DNA of 64,000 nucleotides from an uncultured Chloroflexia bacterium (GCA_963724295.1 CAVRUC010000005.1:224001-288000); one strand, 5' to 3'; counted from the stretch's first letter, positions 52,240 through 62,256 are shown. A program made the numbers and translations. Notes: generated from the letters alone by a model not told the origin.

Positions 52240-52800
52240 ATGAGCGACGAATCGATTCGCCCCGGACAGGTTTCCGCCACACCAGAGGGAGGTCCCGTCG
52301 CCGAGGGTGTGCCGGGCCAGGAGCCAGGATCGGGACAGGTGCAATCGACCCCGGAAGCGGCACCGCTCTCCGAAGGCGATGAGTTGACCCCGCCAACCTG
52401 GCAGGAGCACATGCGCGGTCCGATCCTCGGCGCCGACGGACTCCCGCTCGGACAAGAGCAAGGACAGGCGACCGCGTCACCCGGGACAGAACCTGCAGCG
52501 GCGCGCGAAGAAGATACTGAAGTGAGCGCTCCGTCCACCGCCGCACCCCAGAGTGATGACGAGCTTCGCAAGTGGCCGCCCTACACGGGTAAGCCGGTGA
52601 GCGAGGCGCGCTGGGACGAGGTACGCCGCTACGCTGCACCGATCGTCACCCAGGCCGAGAAACTCGCCATCAAGGCGATCGATCTTTCCGGTCGTGGACT
52701 CACACGGTTCGCTGGCTACCTCGAGGACCGACGCCAGGAGCGAGAGCCAGACCAGGACCGAGAAGCTGACCAGGAGCCGGAGTCAGACGGCAGCCGCTGA
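52240..52800 (+). CDS. Hypothetical protein (acidic, largely disordered)
   Basis: GGAGG RBS before ATG 52240. Confidence 0.7.
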   Translation: MSDESIRPGQVSATPEGGPVAEGVPGQEPGSGQVQSTPEAAPLSEGDELTPPTWQEHMRGPILGADGLPLGQEQGQATASPGTEPAAAREEDTEVSAPSTAAPQSDDELRKWPPYTGKPVSEARWDEVRRYAAPIVTQAEKLAIKAIDLSGRGLTRFAGYLEDRRQEREPDQDREADQEPESDGSR

Positions 52801-52925
52801 AACCTCGTAGTGACGCGGTTGCTTCGCTCCACACACCGCCGTTGACGTGATCCGGGCGGCAAAGAATGCCTGAGTTCGGCCATGGGCCGACCCCATTTAG
52901 GCTGCTTTCCAAGGTTAACAACGGT

Positions 52926-52955
52926 TTGACGTTCCATCATTCTCGACCGTATCAT
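52926..52955 (+). promoter_or_regulatory. Sigma-70 promoter TTGACG-N18-TATCAT upstream of rny
   Basis: Near-consensus hexamers. Confidence 0.6.
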
Positions 52956-52960
52956 GGGGC

Positions 52961-53071
52961 TAGGTGAGGTAAGCGCGGGGAAACGGCGAGTTGGCCCTTT
53001 GGGGCGCAGCTGATTCCCAAGAACGGCGTCTTACCACGCTCATTGTCTATACACATACCCCGGTTACGGGG
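52961..53071 (+). ncRNA. Candidate structured RNA / leader upstream of rny
   Basis: Nested pairings form a ~90-nt bulged rod, followed by a CCCCG-GTTA-CGGGG hairpin. Confidence 0.35.
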
Positions 53072-53133
53072 CTGGTGTTTCACTCGCCGCGCGGTGCCCG
53101 TGAGCGCGCGCGTCACAACCAAATGTGTCAGGG

Positions 53134-54744
53134 ATGCCGATGAATACCCAGAACATCGTCCTCGGCGTCCTCGAGGCCGTGCTCGTCGTCATTGCCACCT
53201 TTTTCGCGACCCGGTGGTACCTGGAAGGCCGTGCCGAATCGCATGCCCGTAGGGTGCAGGCAGAGGCCGACCGTATCCTGGAGGAAGTTGAAACCCGACG
53301 ACGCGATGCCGCTCTCGAGGCCAAAGACGAGGCCATCCGCCTGCGCGCGGAGCTCGACCGGGAACTGACCCAACGGCGCAAGGAAGTCGAGCGCATCGAG
53401 CGCCGGGTCGAGCAAAAAGAAGAATCGATCGATCAGAAAACCGTTGCGCTCGATCGTCGCGAGCAGGAGCTGCGCCGGCTCGATCAGGAGACCCAACGCG
53501 CTCGCGAAGATTGGGAGACGGAGCGGGTCCGCAAGCAAGCGGAATTCGAAGCCGACCGGGCCCGCCAGCAAGCAGAGCTCGATGCCGCCCGTGACCGCCA
53601 CCTCCAGGAGCTGGAACGCGTTGCCGGGCTGACCGCGGATCAGGCTCGGGACGAGCTGGTGCGTGAGGTCGAGGAAGAGGCCCGCGGGCTGGCCGCCCGG
53701 CGCCTGCATGAGCTCGATCTGGAGCTACGCGAGGAAGTTGACCGACGGTCCCGCCGAATCCTGGCCACCACCATTCAGCGCATCGCCTCTGACTACGTCT
53801 CGGAGTCAACCGTCTCGGTCATTCCGCTCCCTTCAGACGATATGAAGGGTCGCATCATCGGACGCGAGGGGCGGAACATCCGCGCTCTGGAGCAGGCGAC
53901 CGGCGTCGACCTGATCGTCGACGACACGCCAGAGGCGGTCACGATCTCGGCCTTCGATCCTGTCCGACGCGAAGTCGCCCGGCGCGCCCTCAACAAGCTC
54001 TTGCAGGACGGCCGCATCCATCCCACCCGGATCGAGGAGATCGTGGCCAAGACGCGCACCGAGCTGGAGCAGGTGATGCGGGAAGAGGGGGAGAAAATCG
54101 CCTACGAGGCGAATGTTCCGGGTCTGCACCCCGATCTGATCAAGCTCCTGGGGCGTCTCAAGTTCCGCACCTCCTACGGTCAGAACGTGCTTGGCCATTC
54201 GCTGGAAACCTCGATGATTGCCGCCGCCCTCGCCGCCGAGCTTGGCGCCGACGTCAACGTGGCCAAGACCGCCGGTCTGCTGCATGACATCGGCAAGGCG
54301 GTCGACCATGAAGTGGAGGGACCGCACGCTCTCATTGGCGCCGACATCGCCAAGCGACTGGGTCGCTCCTCCAAGATCGTGCACGCCATCGCCGCCCATC
54401 ATGGCGAGGAGGAGCCGCAGACCGTCGAGGCGTTCATCGTAGCGACGGCGGACGCCATCTCGGGCGCCCGGCCGGGCGCCCGACGCGAGATGGTGGAGAC
54501 GTACATCAAGCGCCTGGAAGCGCTCGAGGGCGTCGCCAATTCGTTCGACGGGGTCGAAAAGAGCTTCGCCATCCAGGCCGGGCGGGAGGTCCGCATCCTG
54601 GTCGCACCCGATTCGATCGATGACCTGGCCGCGGCGCGGCTGGCGCGCGATGTTTCGAAGAAGATCGAGGAAAGCCTCGAGTATCCGGGGCAGATCAAGG
54701 TGACGGTCATCCGCGAGACGCGAGCGGTCGACTACGCGCGATGA
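53134..54744 (+). CDS. rny: Ribonuclease Y
   Basis: N-terminal TM, coiled coil, KH domain ([13 protein letters not shown]), HD domain (LLHDIGK), AIQAGREVR. Confidence 0.98.
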   Translation: MPMNTQNIVLGVLEAVLVVIATFFATRWYLEGRAESHARRVQAEADRILEEVETRRRDAALEAKDEAIRLRAELDRELTQRRKEVERIERRVEQKEESIDQKTVALDRREQELRRLDQETQRAREDWETERVRKQAEFEADRARQQAELDAARDRHLQELERVAGLTADQARDELVREVEEEARGLAARRLHELDLELREEVDRRSRRILATTIQRIASDYVSESTVSVIPLPSDDMKGRIIGREGRNIRALEQATGVDLIVDDTPEAVTISAFDPVRREVARRALNKLLQDGRIHPTRIEEIVAKTRTELEQVMREEGEKIAYEANVPGLHPDLIKLLGRLKFRTSYGQNVLGHSLETSMIAAALAAELGADVNVAKTAGLLHDIGKAVDHEVEGPHALIGADIAKRLGRSSKIVHAIAAHHGEEEPQTVEAFIVATADAISGARPGARREMVETYIKRLEALEGVANSFDGVEKSFAIQAGREVRILVAPDSIDDLAAARLARDVSKKIEESLEYPGQIKVTVIRETRAVDYAR

Positions 54745-54849
54745 TCTCGTTTACCGCCATGGTGGTTGACGGCCTGTTGAGGAGACTGGCCACCGCGAGC
54801 GCGCGGTCTGTACTAGACTGACGCGCATCCGCGAGCGAGACGCGGGGTC

Positions 54850-55544
54850 GTGGCCGGCGACGTGCCGGCCTCATCTATGAGCGGCACGACTGCACGCGCA
54901 CGTGCAAGGTATTGGTGTGGCGCGTCGAGCGCATCGACGGCCCGTACGTTCAAGTGCTCAGGGGGTTCTGCAACGTGGATCGCTTCTTCTCCAAGCTCGA
55001 CTTGCGTGATATCAAGATCGATCCGTTCAACGCGAGTTATCCACCGGACGCCGAAGAGGTCGTCGAGACGGGGACGGAGCAGAGTGTCGAGACAGAAGTC
55101 GCCGCGCCACCGCTCGGCGGCGCCCGCCAGCCGCACACGCCGGCCTGGGCTACCGCGACTGAGGTCGAGCCTGACGACGTCTACGAGGACGAGGACGAAG
55201 ATACCCAGCCCTACGCCAACGGCGCGGCTGTCAATGGCGCGGTCACCGCAACAGACGGCGCGGCGCTCGTCGAGCACCGCAACGGCGACGTCCTGAAAGT
55301 TTCGGCTCGGTCGCGACCGAGCGCGGTCGCTGGGGCCATCGCCGGCGTCGTCCGCGAGAACGGCCGAGCCGAAGTGCAGGCGATCGGAGCCGGAGCCACC
55401 AACCAGGCTGTCAAGGCGGTCGCCATCGCCCGCGACTACCTGCGAGAGACCGGGATCGAAGCAGTCTGTCTGCCCGCCTTCATCGATGTGATCATCGAGA
55501 ACGAGGACCGCACCGCGATCCGGCTCGTCGTGGAGCCAAGGTAA
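54850..55544 (+). CDS. spoVS: SpoVS-domain protein with N-terminal extension (probable frameshift near 54866)
   Basis: C-terminal VLKVSARSRPSAVAGAIAG...GAGATNQAVKAVAIAR...PAF; the ORF track starts at TTG 54912. Confidence 0.8.
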
Positions 55545-55547
55545 GCG

Positions 55548-55625
55548 AGTCGAGGAGTCGAGGTGTCGAGCAGTCGAGAAGGACGAGTCTTCTCCTCGAC
55601 TGCTCGACTTCACGACTCCTCGACT
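55548..55625. repeat. Inverted octamer arrays (AGTCGAGG x4 / CCTCGACT x4) forming a long hairpin
   Basis: Read directly; overlaps the PHP gene start. Confidence 0.9.
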
Positions 55626-56498
55626 GAAAAAGTCGATCTCCATACCCATAGCACCTACTCGGACGGTCTCCTTTCGCCAGCGATGCTGGTGGAGGAGGCC
55701 GCTTCGCGTGGCGTTCGCATCCTGGCACTGACCGATCACGATACCGTCGCCGGCATCGACGAGGCCCGCGTTGCCGGGGAGCGCCTCGGGATGGAGATCA
55801 TTCCCGGTGTTGAGCTGAGCGCCGCTCTGCCGAGTGGAGGCGAAGTCCATCTGCTGGGCTATTTCGTCGATGTCGAAGATCCGGTCTTGTTGGCGCAGCT
55901 CGCCGGTTACGCCCTTGCCCGCGCCGAACGGATGGAGCGTATGGTCGAACGACTGAGCCGGATCGGCGCGCCTGTCGCTCTGGAGCGCGTGCGGGAGATC
56001 GCCGGTCATGGCACGATGGGACGGCCGCATCTCGGCCGGGCGCTGGTCGAAGCCGGATATGCCGAGGACCTCTCGGACGCCTTCGCCCGTTACATCGGCG
56101 GTGGGAAACCGGCTTTCGTCCCTCGGCCGCGCGTCGATCCACGCGACGCGATCGCGATGGTGCGGGCCGCGGGCGGTGTGCCCGTGCTGGCGCATCCCTT
56201 CAGCGCTCGAGGCGTCGAGAGCGTTCTCGACAGCCTGGTACCCGCCGGTCTGGCCGGGATGGAGGTCGACTACGGCGAGTACGACCCCGAGGACCGGGAG
56301 ATCTTGCGCCAGATCGCGTCTCGGCGGGGGTTGATCGGCACTGGTGGCAGTGACTACCACGGGCCAGATGGACGGAGCGCTCGCGAGATCGGCTCGGCTC
56401 CGGTTTCCCTTGCCGCGGTGACAGCACTGCGGAGCGCCCGCCCTCCCCGTCCTCACTCATCCGGCCCACTGGGAGTGGGGGACGCCAAGCTCGAATGA
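55563..56498 (+). CDS. PHP-domain phosphoesterase (TrpH/YciV-like)
   Basis: DLHTHSTYSDG, TDHDT, GVELS, VHLLGY, GRPH, LAHP, GGSDYHG. Confidence 0.93.
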   Translation: MSSSREGRVFSSTARLHDSSTEKVDLHTHSTYSDGLLSPAMLVEEAASRGVRILALTDHDTVAGIDEARVAGERLGMEIIPGVELSAALPSGGEVHLLGYFVDVEDPVLLAQLAGYALARAERMERMVERLSRIGAPVALERVREIAGHGTMGRPHLGRALVEAGYAEDLSDAFARYIGGGKPAFVPRPRVDPRDAIAMVRAAGGVPVLAHPFSARGVESVLDSLVPAGLAGMEVDYGEYDPEDREILRQIASRRGLIGTGGSDYHGPDGRSAREIGSAPVSLAAVTALRSARPPRPHSSGPLGVGDAKLE

Positions 56499-57705
56499 CA
56501 CCGCTTCCCGCGCCGGAACGGGTGGCCGCGGTGGTGGTAGCCGCGGGACGAGGCCAGCGCCTTGGTGCGCCGCATAAGGTGGTTCTCCCCCTGGCCGGGC
56601 GGCCGATGCTGGCCTGGTCGCTTCGCGCGCTGGAGCAGGCCGAGACCATCGGTCCGATCGTGGTCGTCGCCGGGCCGAACATACCCTGGATGCCGTTGCT
56701 CAGATCGTCCGCGACGAAGGCTTCACCAGGGTCCACGCTATCGTGGCCGGTGGCGAGCGGCGGCAGGACTCCGTCGGCGCGGGACTGGCGGCGCTGCCGG
56801 ACGCAATCGAGATCGTGGTCATCCACGACGGCGCGCGACCGCTGGCCGAGCCGGCGCTATTCGATCGCTGTGCGGCCGCGGCCGCGGAGAGTGGGGCCGC
56901 GATCGCGGCGACTCCTGTCTCCGACACCCTGAAACGGGTGACGAAAGGCGCCATTGAGGAAACAGTCGATCGCGCCGGGCTGTGGGCCGCGCAGACACCG
57001 CAGGCATTCCGCCTGGAATCGTTGCGCAGGGTCATGGCTGGCGGTTCCGGTGAGACCTTTACCGACGAGGCGCGACTGTTTGAGGTCTCCGGTTTGCCGG
57101 TGACGGTTGTTCCCTCCTCGCCGGCGAATCTGAAAGTGACGCATGCGGAGGATATTCCTGTCGCCGAAGCCCTGCTTCGAGCTCGTCACGGTCCGCAGCT
57201 GACCGCGGGACTGGTACGGACCGGCATCGGCTACGACGCTCATCGCTTTGCATCTGGACGTCGGCTCATCCTCGGCGGTGTGGAGATTGCGCACGATCGA
57301 GGGTTGGTCGGCCATTCAGACGCCGACGTCCTCCTCCACGCCATCGCCGACGCGGTTCTCGGCGCGGCCGCGCTGGGGGACATCGGCCAGCACTTTCCGC
57401 CCTCCGACGAGCGCTTCCGTGACGCCGATAGCCAGCTTCTGCTCCGCGAGGCCGTCCGTCTGGCTCGGGAGGCGGGCTGGGCGCCGGGGAATGTCGACGC
57501 CACCGTCCTCGCTGAAGCGCCACGCGTGGCGCCGCATGTGCCGCTGATGCGGGAGCGGATTGCTGCCTGTCTTGGCCTCTCAGAAGTAGCGGTGAGTGTG
57601 AAAGCGACGACGAACGAGGGGATGGGGTCCATTGGCCGTGGCGAGGGGATCACTGCCCTGGCGACTGCTACGCTGGTCCCGATTCTCACCGCCCCGGGCC
57701 CCTAG
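56495..57705 (+). CDS. ispDF: Bifunctional IspD/IspF, frameshifted near 56673 (likely a sequence error)
   Basis: [10 protein letters not shown] in frame 1; [22 protein letters not shown], then [23 protein letters not shown] in frame 2. Confidence 0.9.
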
Positions 57706-57708
57706 GCG

Positions 57709-58170
57709 ATGCGCGTTCTGGTGCAGCGGGTATCCCGTGCTCGGGTGACCGTCGCCGGCGAGACCACCGGGGAGATCGGGCGGGGATTCCTCCTCTTGGT
57801 CGGCGTCACCTTCGACGACACCGCCGCGGTCGCGGACCTCCTGGCGCGCAAAGTCGCGAACCTTCGTGTCTTCGACGATGCCGACGGCCACCTCAATCGC
57901 TCGGCGCTCGATCTGCTGCAGGCGGAAGAGCCGATCGAAATGCTCGTCGTTTCGCAGTTCACCCTCTACGCCGATTGCCGCAAAGGACGCCGCCCCAGTT
58001 TCGTGCGGGCCGCGCCGCCCGCGGTCGCCGAGCCACTGGTGGATCGTTTCGCGCACGGATTCCGAACGCTCGGTCTCCCTGTAGAGACCGGCCGCTTCGG
58101 CGCCGAGATGCAGGTCGAGCTGGTCAACGACGGCCCGGTGACGATCTGGCTGGATACGGCCGAGCTGTGA
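57709..58170 (+). CDS. dtd: D-aminoacyl-tRNA deacylase
   Basis: [19 protein letters not shown]. Confidence 0.97.
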   Translation: MRVLVQRVSRARVTVAGETTGEIGRGFLLLVGVTFDDTAAVADLLARKVANLRVFDDADGHLNRSALDLLQAEEPIEMLVVSQFTLYADCRKGRRPSFVRAAPPAVAEPLVDRFAHGFRTLGLPVETGRFGAEMQVELVNDGPVTIWLDTAEL

Positions 58171-58253
58171 GCCGGCAGATGAAATGGTTGCCATAGGACA
58201 CGTTCTCTCGATAATGCACCGGGCGCGTCTCGCGCTCGCTACCAGAGAGAGGG

Positions 58254-59204
58254 GTGTCCGTGGGCGCGCAACCCGAATCGACAAACCGCCGGCCGCTAAA
58301 AGTCGGCCTGATTCTTCCCGAGACGGAGCGCCAGATGAACGGCGGCTCCGCGCGCTGGAGCGACCTGCGCGAGATGGCCCAGCTCGGCGAGCAGATCGGG
58401 GCTGACTCCCTCTGGATCACCGACCATCTCATCCACCGCGTCCCGGGTGAAGAACCGCGTGGCATGTGGGAGTGCTGGTCGCTGATCTCGGCGCTGGCCG
58501 CGATCACCGAAAAGCCGGAGATCGGCACCCTGGTCATGTCCACCTCGTTTCGCAACCCGGCGTTGCTGGCCAAGATGGCCGACACCGTCGAGGAGATCAG
58601 CGGTGGCCGCCTCATCCTCGGGCTGGGCGCCGGGTGGAATGAGGCGGAATACATCGCCTTCGGTTATCCCTTCGACAACCGCGTCAGTCGCTTCGAGGAG
58701 GCGGTGACGATCATCACCGGGCTGTTGCGGCAGGGGCACGTCGATTTCGACGGAAGGTTCTACCAGGCCCGCGACTGCGAGCTGCGCCCGCGCGGCCCGC
58801 GTGCGACTGGTCCAACCATCATCTTTGGCGCATCTTCGGCTGGTCCGCGCATGCTCGACCTCACCGCTCGCCACGCCGACGGTTGGAACACCTGGTTCAG
58901 CAGCACGGGAAACAGGGTCGAAGGGCTCTTGCCGTTGTTAGAGAAGGTCGACACCGCCTGCGAGGCCGCCGGACGCGACCCATCGACCCTGGAGCGCAGC
59001 GCCGCGGTGATCGTCGAGGTCGGTCCGCACGAGCCGTCCGCGATGACCGGCCCGCCACTGACCGGCAGCCCGGCTGAGATCGCCGCCGCCTTACGTGCTC
59101 ACGCCGAAGCCGGCCTGTCCCACGTCCAGGTCTGGTTGGAGCCGAACACGCCCGCCGGTATCGAGGCATTTGCTCCCGTGCTGGAGGAGTTGGATCGAGG
59201 GTAA
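58254..59204 (+). CDS. LLM-class flavin/F420-dependent oxidoreductase
   Basis: DSLWITDHL, RNPALLAKMA..EISGGRLILGLGAGW. Confidence 0.92.
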   Translation: MSVGAQPESTNRRPLKVGLILPETERQMNGGSARWSDLREMAQLGEQIGADSLWITDHLIHRVPGEEPRGMWECWSLISALAAITEKPEIGTLVMSTSFRNPALLAKMADTVEEISGGRLILGLGAGWNEAEYIAFGYPFDNRVSRFEEAVTIITGLLRQGHVDFDGRFYQARDCELRPRGPRATGPTIIFGASSAGPRMLDLTARHADGWNTWFSSTGNRVEGLLPLLEKVDTACEAAGRDPSTLERSAAVIVEVGPHEPSAMTGPPLTGSPAEIAAALRAHAEAGLSHVQVWLEPNTPAGIEAFAPVLEELDRG

Positions 59205-59209
59205 CGAGG

Positions 59210-59341
59210 TATCGGCTATTGGCAATTGACTTCTGGCTGTCGGTTTGGGTTCATCCTTGCCGTCTAGCCGTCTAGCCGTCTGGCCGTCCAGTCGATTTGG
59301 GTCCATTCTTGCCGTCTAGCCGTCTCGGCGTCTGGCCGTCC
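59210..59341. repeat. Degenerate heptamer array plus a 46-bp direct repeat built of GCCGTCTN octamers
   Basis: 59244-59289 versus 59296-59341, 4 mismatches. Confidence 0.85.
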
Positions 59342-59571
59342 GTCGTCCCGAGCGGTATCAGGTCAGGGTTCTTGTCCAGACTGGTCAGGACTTCCTGAGG
59401 AGTCGGCGTGGCCTCCTGTACTGCTGGCGTCGCCTCCTGAGCGAATGTCGACTCCCGCAAGATGGAGGCGATGACCGGCGCAGAGAAGCCCGCAGCGGCC
59501 AACCGGCCAATGAGACGGCGGCGAGATAGGGCGCGGTTGAACGCCTCAGCGGGACGAATGACAACGGTCAT
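59272..59571 (-). pseudogene. Truncated Tat-exported protein ending in the repeat array
   Basis: SRRRLI Tat signal and AQEATP mature start; the sequence switches to repeat-encoded DGQTPRRLDG after PLGTT. Confidence 0.6.
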
Positions 59572-59987
59572 CAGAATCACACCTTCCTGCAATGGGAGAA
59601 TTCCAGGAGCTGAAATCTGCTATCGCCATCGCGCAGGATCCATGCCAGTTGAAGGCTGATCACCCGATGAGTAGTAGGTCGTCATTATTTTTGCGAATCT
59701 TGATTAACTAAATGATATAAATGTTAAGATTTTGACAGGGTGGCACGTATTCTCCTAGATCCCGCGCGAGAGGATGGGATAGCCGTTCAGTGATGTCGGT
59801 GAGTGGTTACAAAGGAAAATGCCCAAGCACCCCAGAGCCGCGTATCGGTTGTGACGACAACTAGCCGACTCCTCAGCTCCCCGCGTATCATTGCATCTGG
59901 CCCGCGGGAGTGTCCGTACACGTCCCTGGCTGCCGCGTTCCCGTGCTGCGGCCGCAATGCATCGCGTTTGGGAAGGTTCGTCGTCGC

Positions 59988-60713
59988 ATGAAGATCGTCC
60001 TCCGCCAGGATGTGCCGAAGCTCGGCGAGGCTGGCACGATTCAGGAAGTGAAACCCGGTTTCGCCCGGAACTACCTCATCCCGCAGGGGATGGCGGTGCT
60101 CGCCACCGCCGGCGAGATCAAGACCGCCGAGCACAATGCCGCGGTGAAAGCCCGCAAGATCGCCAAGCAGGAAGCGCAGCTTCAAACTCTGGCGGACAAG
60201 ATCGCCGGCAAGCGCCTGGAGTTCACCACCCGCGCCGGCGAAGGCGGTCGCCTCTACGGCTCCATCACGGCAGGTGACATCGCCGACGAGCTGGCGAAGC
60301 TCGTGGGCGAAGAGATCGATCGCCGCAAGGTGGTGCTCGAGGACCCGATTCGCCACCTTGGTGAGCACGCCGTGACGGTCCACCTCGTCGGCCGCCTGCG
60401 ACCGGCAATCACGGTCGTGGTCGTCGGCGATGCCGAATACCAGGCTGCCCGTGCCGCCGCCGAGGCGGCCAAGGCAGAGGAAGCCCCCGCCGAGACACCA
60501 GGCGCCGCGGGTCATCCTGAGCCCGGCTCGGAGCACGACGACAGCAAGACCGAGACGGTCGACGAGGGCCCGCCGCACGAGTGGGTCGACGAAAAGGGCG
60601 TTCCCGGAGCCCATGGTTTCATCGACAATGAAGGCGGCGCCGCCACCCTGACCGAAGAGAGCGGAAAGGGTGTCGAGGTCGAAGAGGAGCTCAACCCGGT
60701 CGCAGAGTCGTAG
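59988..60713 (+). CDS. rplI: 50S ribosomal protein L9 with acidic C-terminal extension
   Basis: MKIVLRQDVPKLG..VKPGFARNYLIP, RLYGSIT, PIRHLG; start re-called to ATG 59988. Confidence 0.96.
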   Translation: MKIVLRQDVPKLGEAGTIQEVKPGFARNYLIPQGMAVLATAGEIKTAEHNAAVKARKIAKQEAQLQTLADKIAGKRLEFTTRAGEGGRLYGSITAGDIADELAKLVGEEIDRRKVVLEDPIRHLGEHAVTVHLVGRLRPAITVVVVGDAEYQAARAAAEAAKAEEAPAETPGAAGHPEPGSEHDDSKTETVDEGPPHEWVDEKGVPGAHGFIDNEGGAATLTEESGKGVEVEEELNPVAES

Positions 60714-60854
60714 ACTGGGTTTCACGCCGTCGCGTCCGGAGTTGGCCGGACGCGACGGCAACAGACGCGGCCCGGCCGCGTCCCGCTTGGTCCGCCGCCC
60801 CGCCGGACTCCCCGCCATCGTATTGGGGGAGCCGTCGCAAGGGCGAGGGGAGCC

Positions 60855-62207
60855 ATGGTCGCCGCTGTACCAAGCATCATCGAGCGATTGCCGCCGCACA
60901 ATGTGGAGGCGGAGCAATCAGTGCTCGGCAGTCTCCTCATCGACCGGGACGCCATCATCCGGGTGGCGGCCTTCCTGCGTCCGGAAGACTTCTACGCCGT
61001 CGCCAACGGTCTCATCTATCGCGCGATTCTCGATCTCTATAACAAGCGCGAGCCGACAGACTTCGTCACCCTGTCTGACGAGCTGCAGCGGCGTGGCCAA
61101 TACGACCAGGCGGGCGGGCTCTCGTATCTTTCCAGCCTGCTCAATGCCGTTCCCACCGCTGTTCACGTCGAGTACTACGCCCGCATCGTCGAGCGCGCGG
61201 CGACACTGCGCCGTCTCATCGATGCCGGTACCGAGATCGTCGACGTCGGTTTCCGCGAGGGGATCGACACCGAGGACGCGCTCGATGCCGCCGAGCGTGC
61301 CGTATTTGCCGTCTCGCAACGGCGGCAGAGCAAAGACTTCGTCTCCATGGGAGACGTGCTCGACCGTTTCTTCGACCAGATCGACTATCTGCAGCAGCAC
61401 CGCGGCGAGGTCGTCGGCGTGGCGACCGGGTTCTCGGATCTCGACCAGCTCACCGGCGGGCTCCAGCGCTCGGACCTCATCATCGTCGCCGCTCGTCCCT
61501 CAATGGGCAAGACGAGCCTGGCGCTCGGCATGGCCTACGGCGCCGCGGTCGGCCATGGCAAGACGGTTGGCATCTTCAGCCTGGAGATGTCAGCCGAGCA
61601 GCTCGTGCAGCGTGTCCTCTCCATGGAGACCGGGGTCGATACGCACCGGCTGCGGCTGGGGCAGATCGACGACAACGAGTGGGACCGTATCTCCCGCGCG
61701 TTCGGCCGCCTGAGTGAGGCTCCGATCTACATCGACGACGCGTCGACCTCCAACATCATGGACGTCCGCTCCAAGGCCCGCCGCTTGCAGGCTGAGCACG
61801 GTCTCGATCTGATCATCATCGATTACTTGCAGCTGATGACCGCCCGCCGCACCGAGAACCGCGTGCAGGAGATCTCGGAGATCTCGCGAGGATTGAAGGG
61901 ACTGGCGCGCGAGCTGAACGTGCCGGTCGTTGCGCTGTCGCAGCTCTCGCGCGCGGTGGAGAGCCGCGCCGATCACCGGCCGATGCTCTCGGATTTGAGA
62001 GAGTCGGGCTCAATCGAGCAGGACGCGGACATCGTCGTCTTCATCTACCGGGAAGATAAATACGAGGAAGACTCAGAGAAGAAGGGCATCGCCGAGATCA
62101 TGGTCGCCAAGCATCGCAACGGCCCTGTCGGCTCGATCAATCTCCGCTTCTTCGATCGCACGGCCCGTTTCGCCGATCTGGAGCTTTACCCCGGACCGGG
62201 GATGTAG
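60855..62207 (+). CDS. dnaB: Replicative DNA helicase
   Basis: AARPSMGKT, FSLEM, IDYLQL, SQLSR, DLRESGSIEQDAD, KHRNGP; no intein. Confidence 0.98.
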   Translation: MVAAVPSIIERLPPHNVEAEQSVLGSLLIDRDAIIRVAAFLRPEDFYAVANGLIYRAILDLYNKREPTDFVTLSDELQRRGQYDQAGGLSYLSSLLNAVPTAVHVEYYARIVERAATLRRLIDAGTEIVDVGFREGIDTEDALDAAERAVFAVSQRRQSKDFVSMGDVLDRFFDQIDYLQQHRGEVVGVATGFSDLDQLTGGLQRSDLIIVAARPSMGKTSLALGMAYGAAVGHGKTVGIFSLEMSAEQLVQRVLSMETGVDTHRLRLGQIDDNEWDRISRAFGRLSEAPIYIDDASTSNIMDVRSKARRLQAEHGLDLIIIDYLQLMTARRTENRVQEISEISRGLKGLARELNVPVVALSQLSRAVESRADHRPMLSDLRESGSIEQDADIVVFIYREDKYEEDSEKKGIAEIMVAKHRNGPVGSINLRFFDRTARFADLELYPGPGM

Positions 62208-62256
62208 CGTGAGTCCGATGTCCGGATTTCGTCCCGAAGTTGGGCTCAGTTCCGGA

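Noticed and set aside
56660..56690. Programmed ribosomal frameshift in ispD
   Set aside because: No slippery heptamer; similar single-base indels in G runs elsewhere point to sequence error
59683..59740. Chromosomal origin oriC
   Set aside because: AT-rich, but no DnaA-box cluster and no dnaA/dnaN nearby
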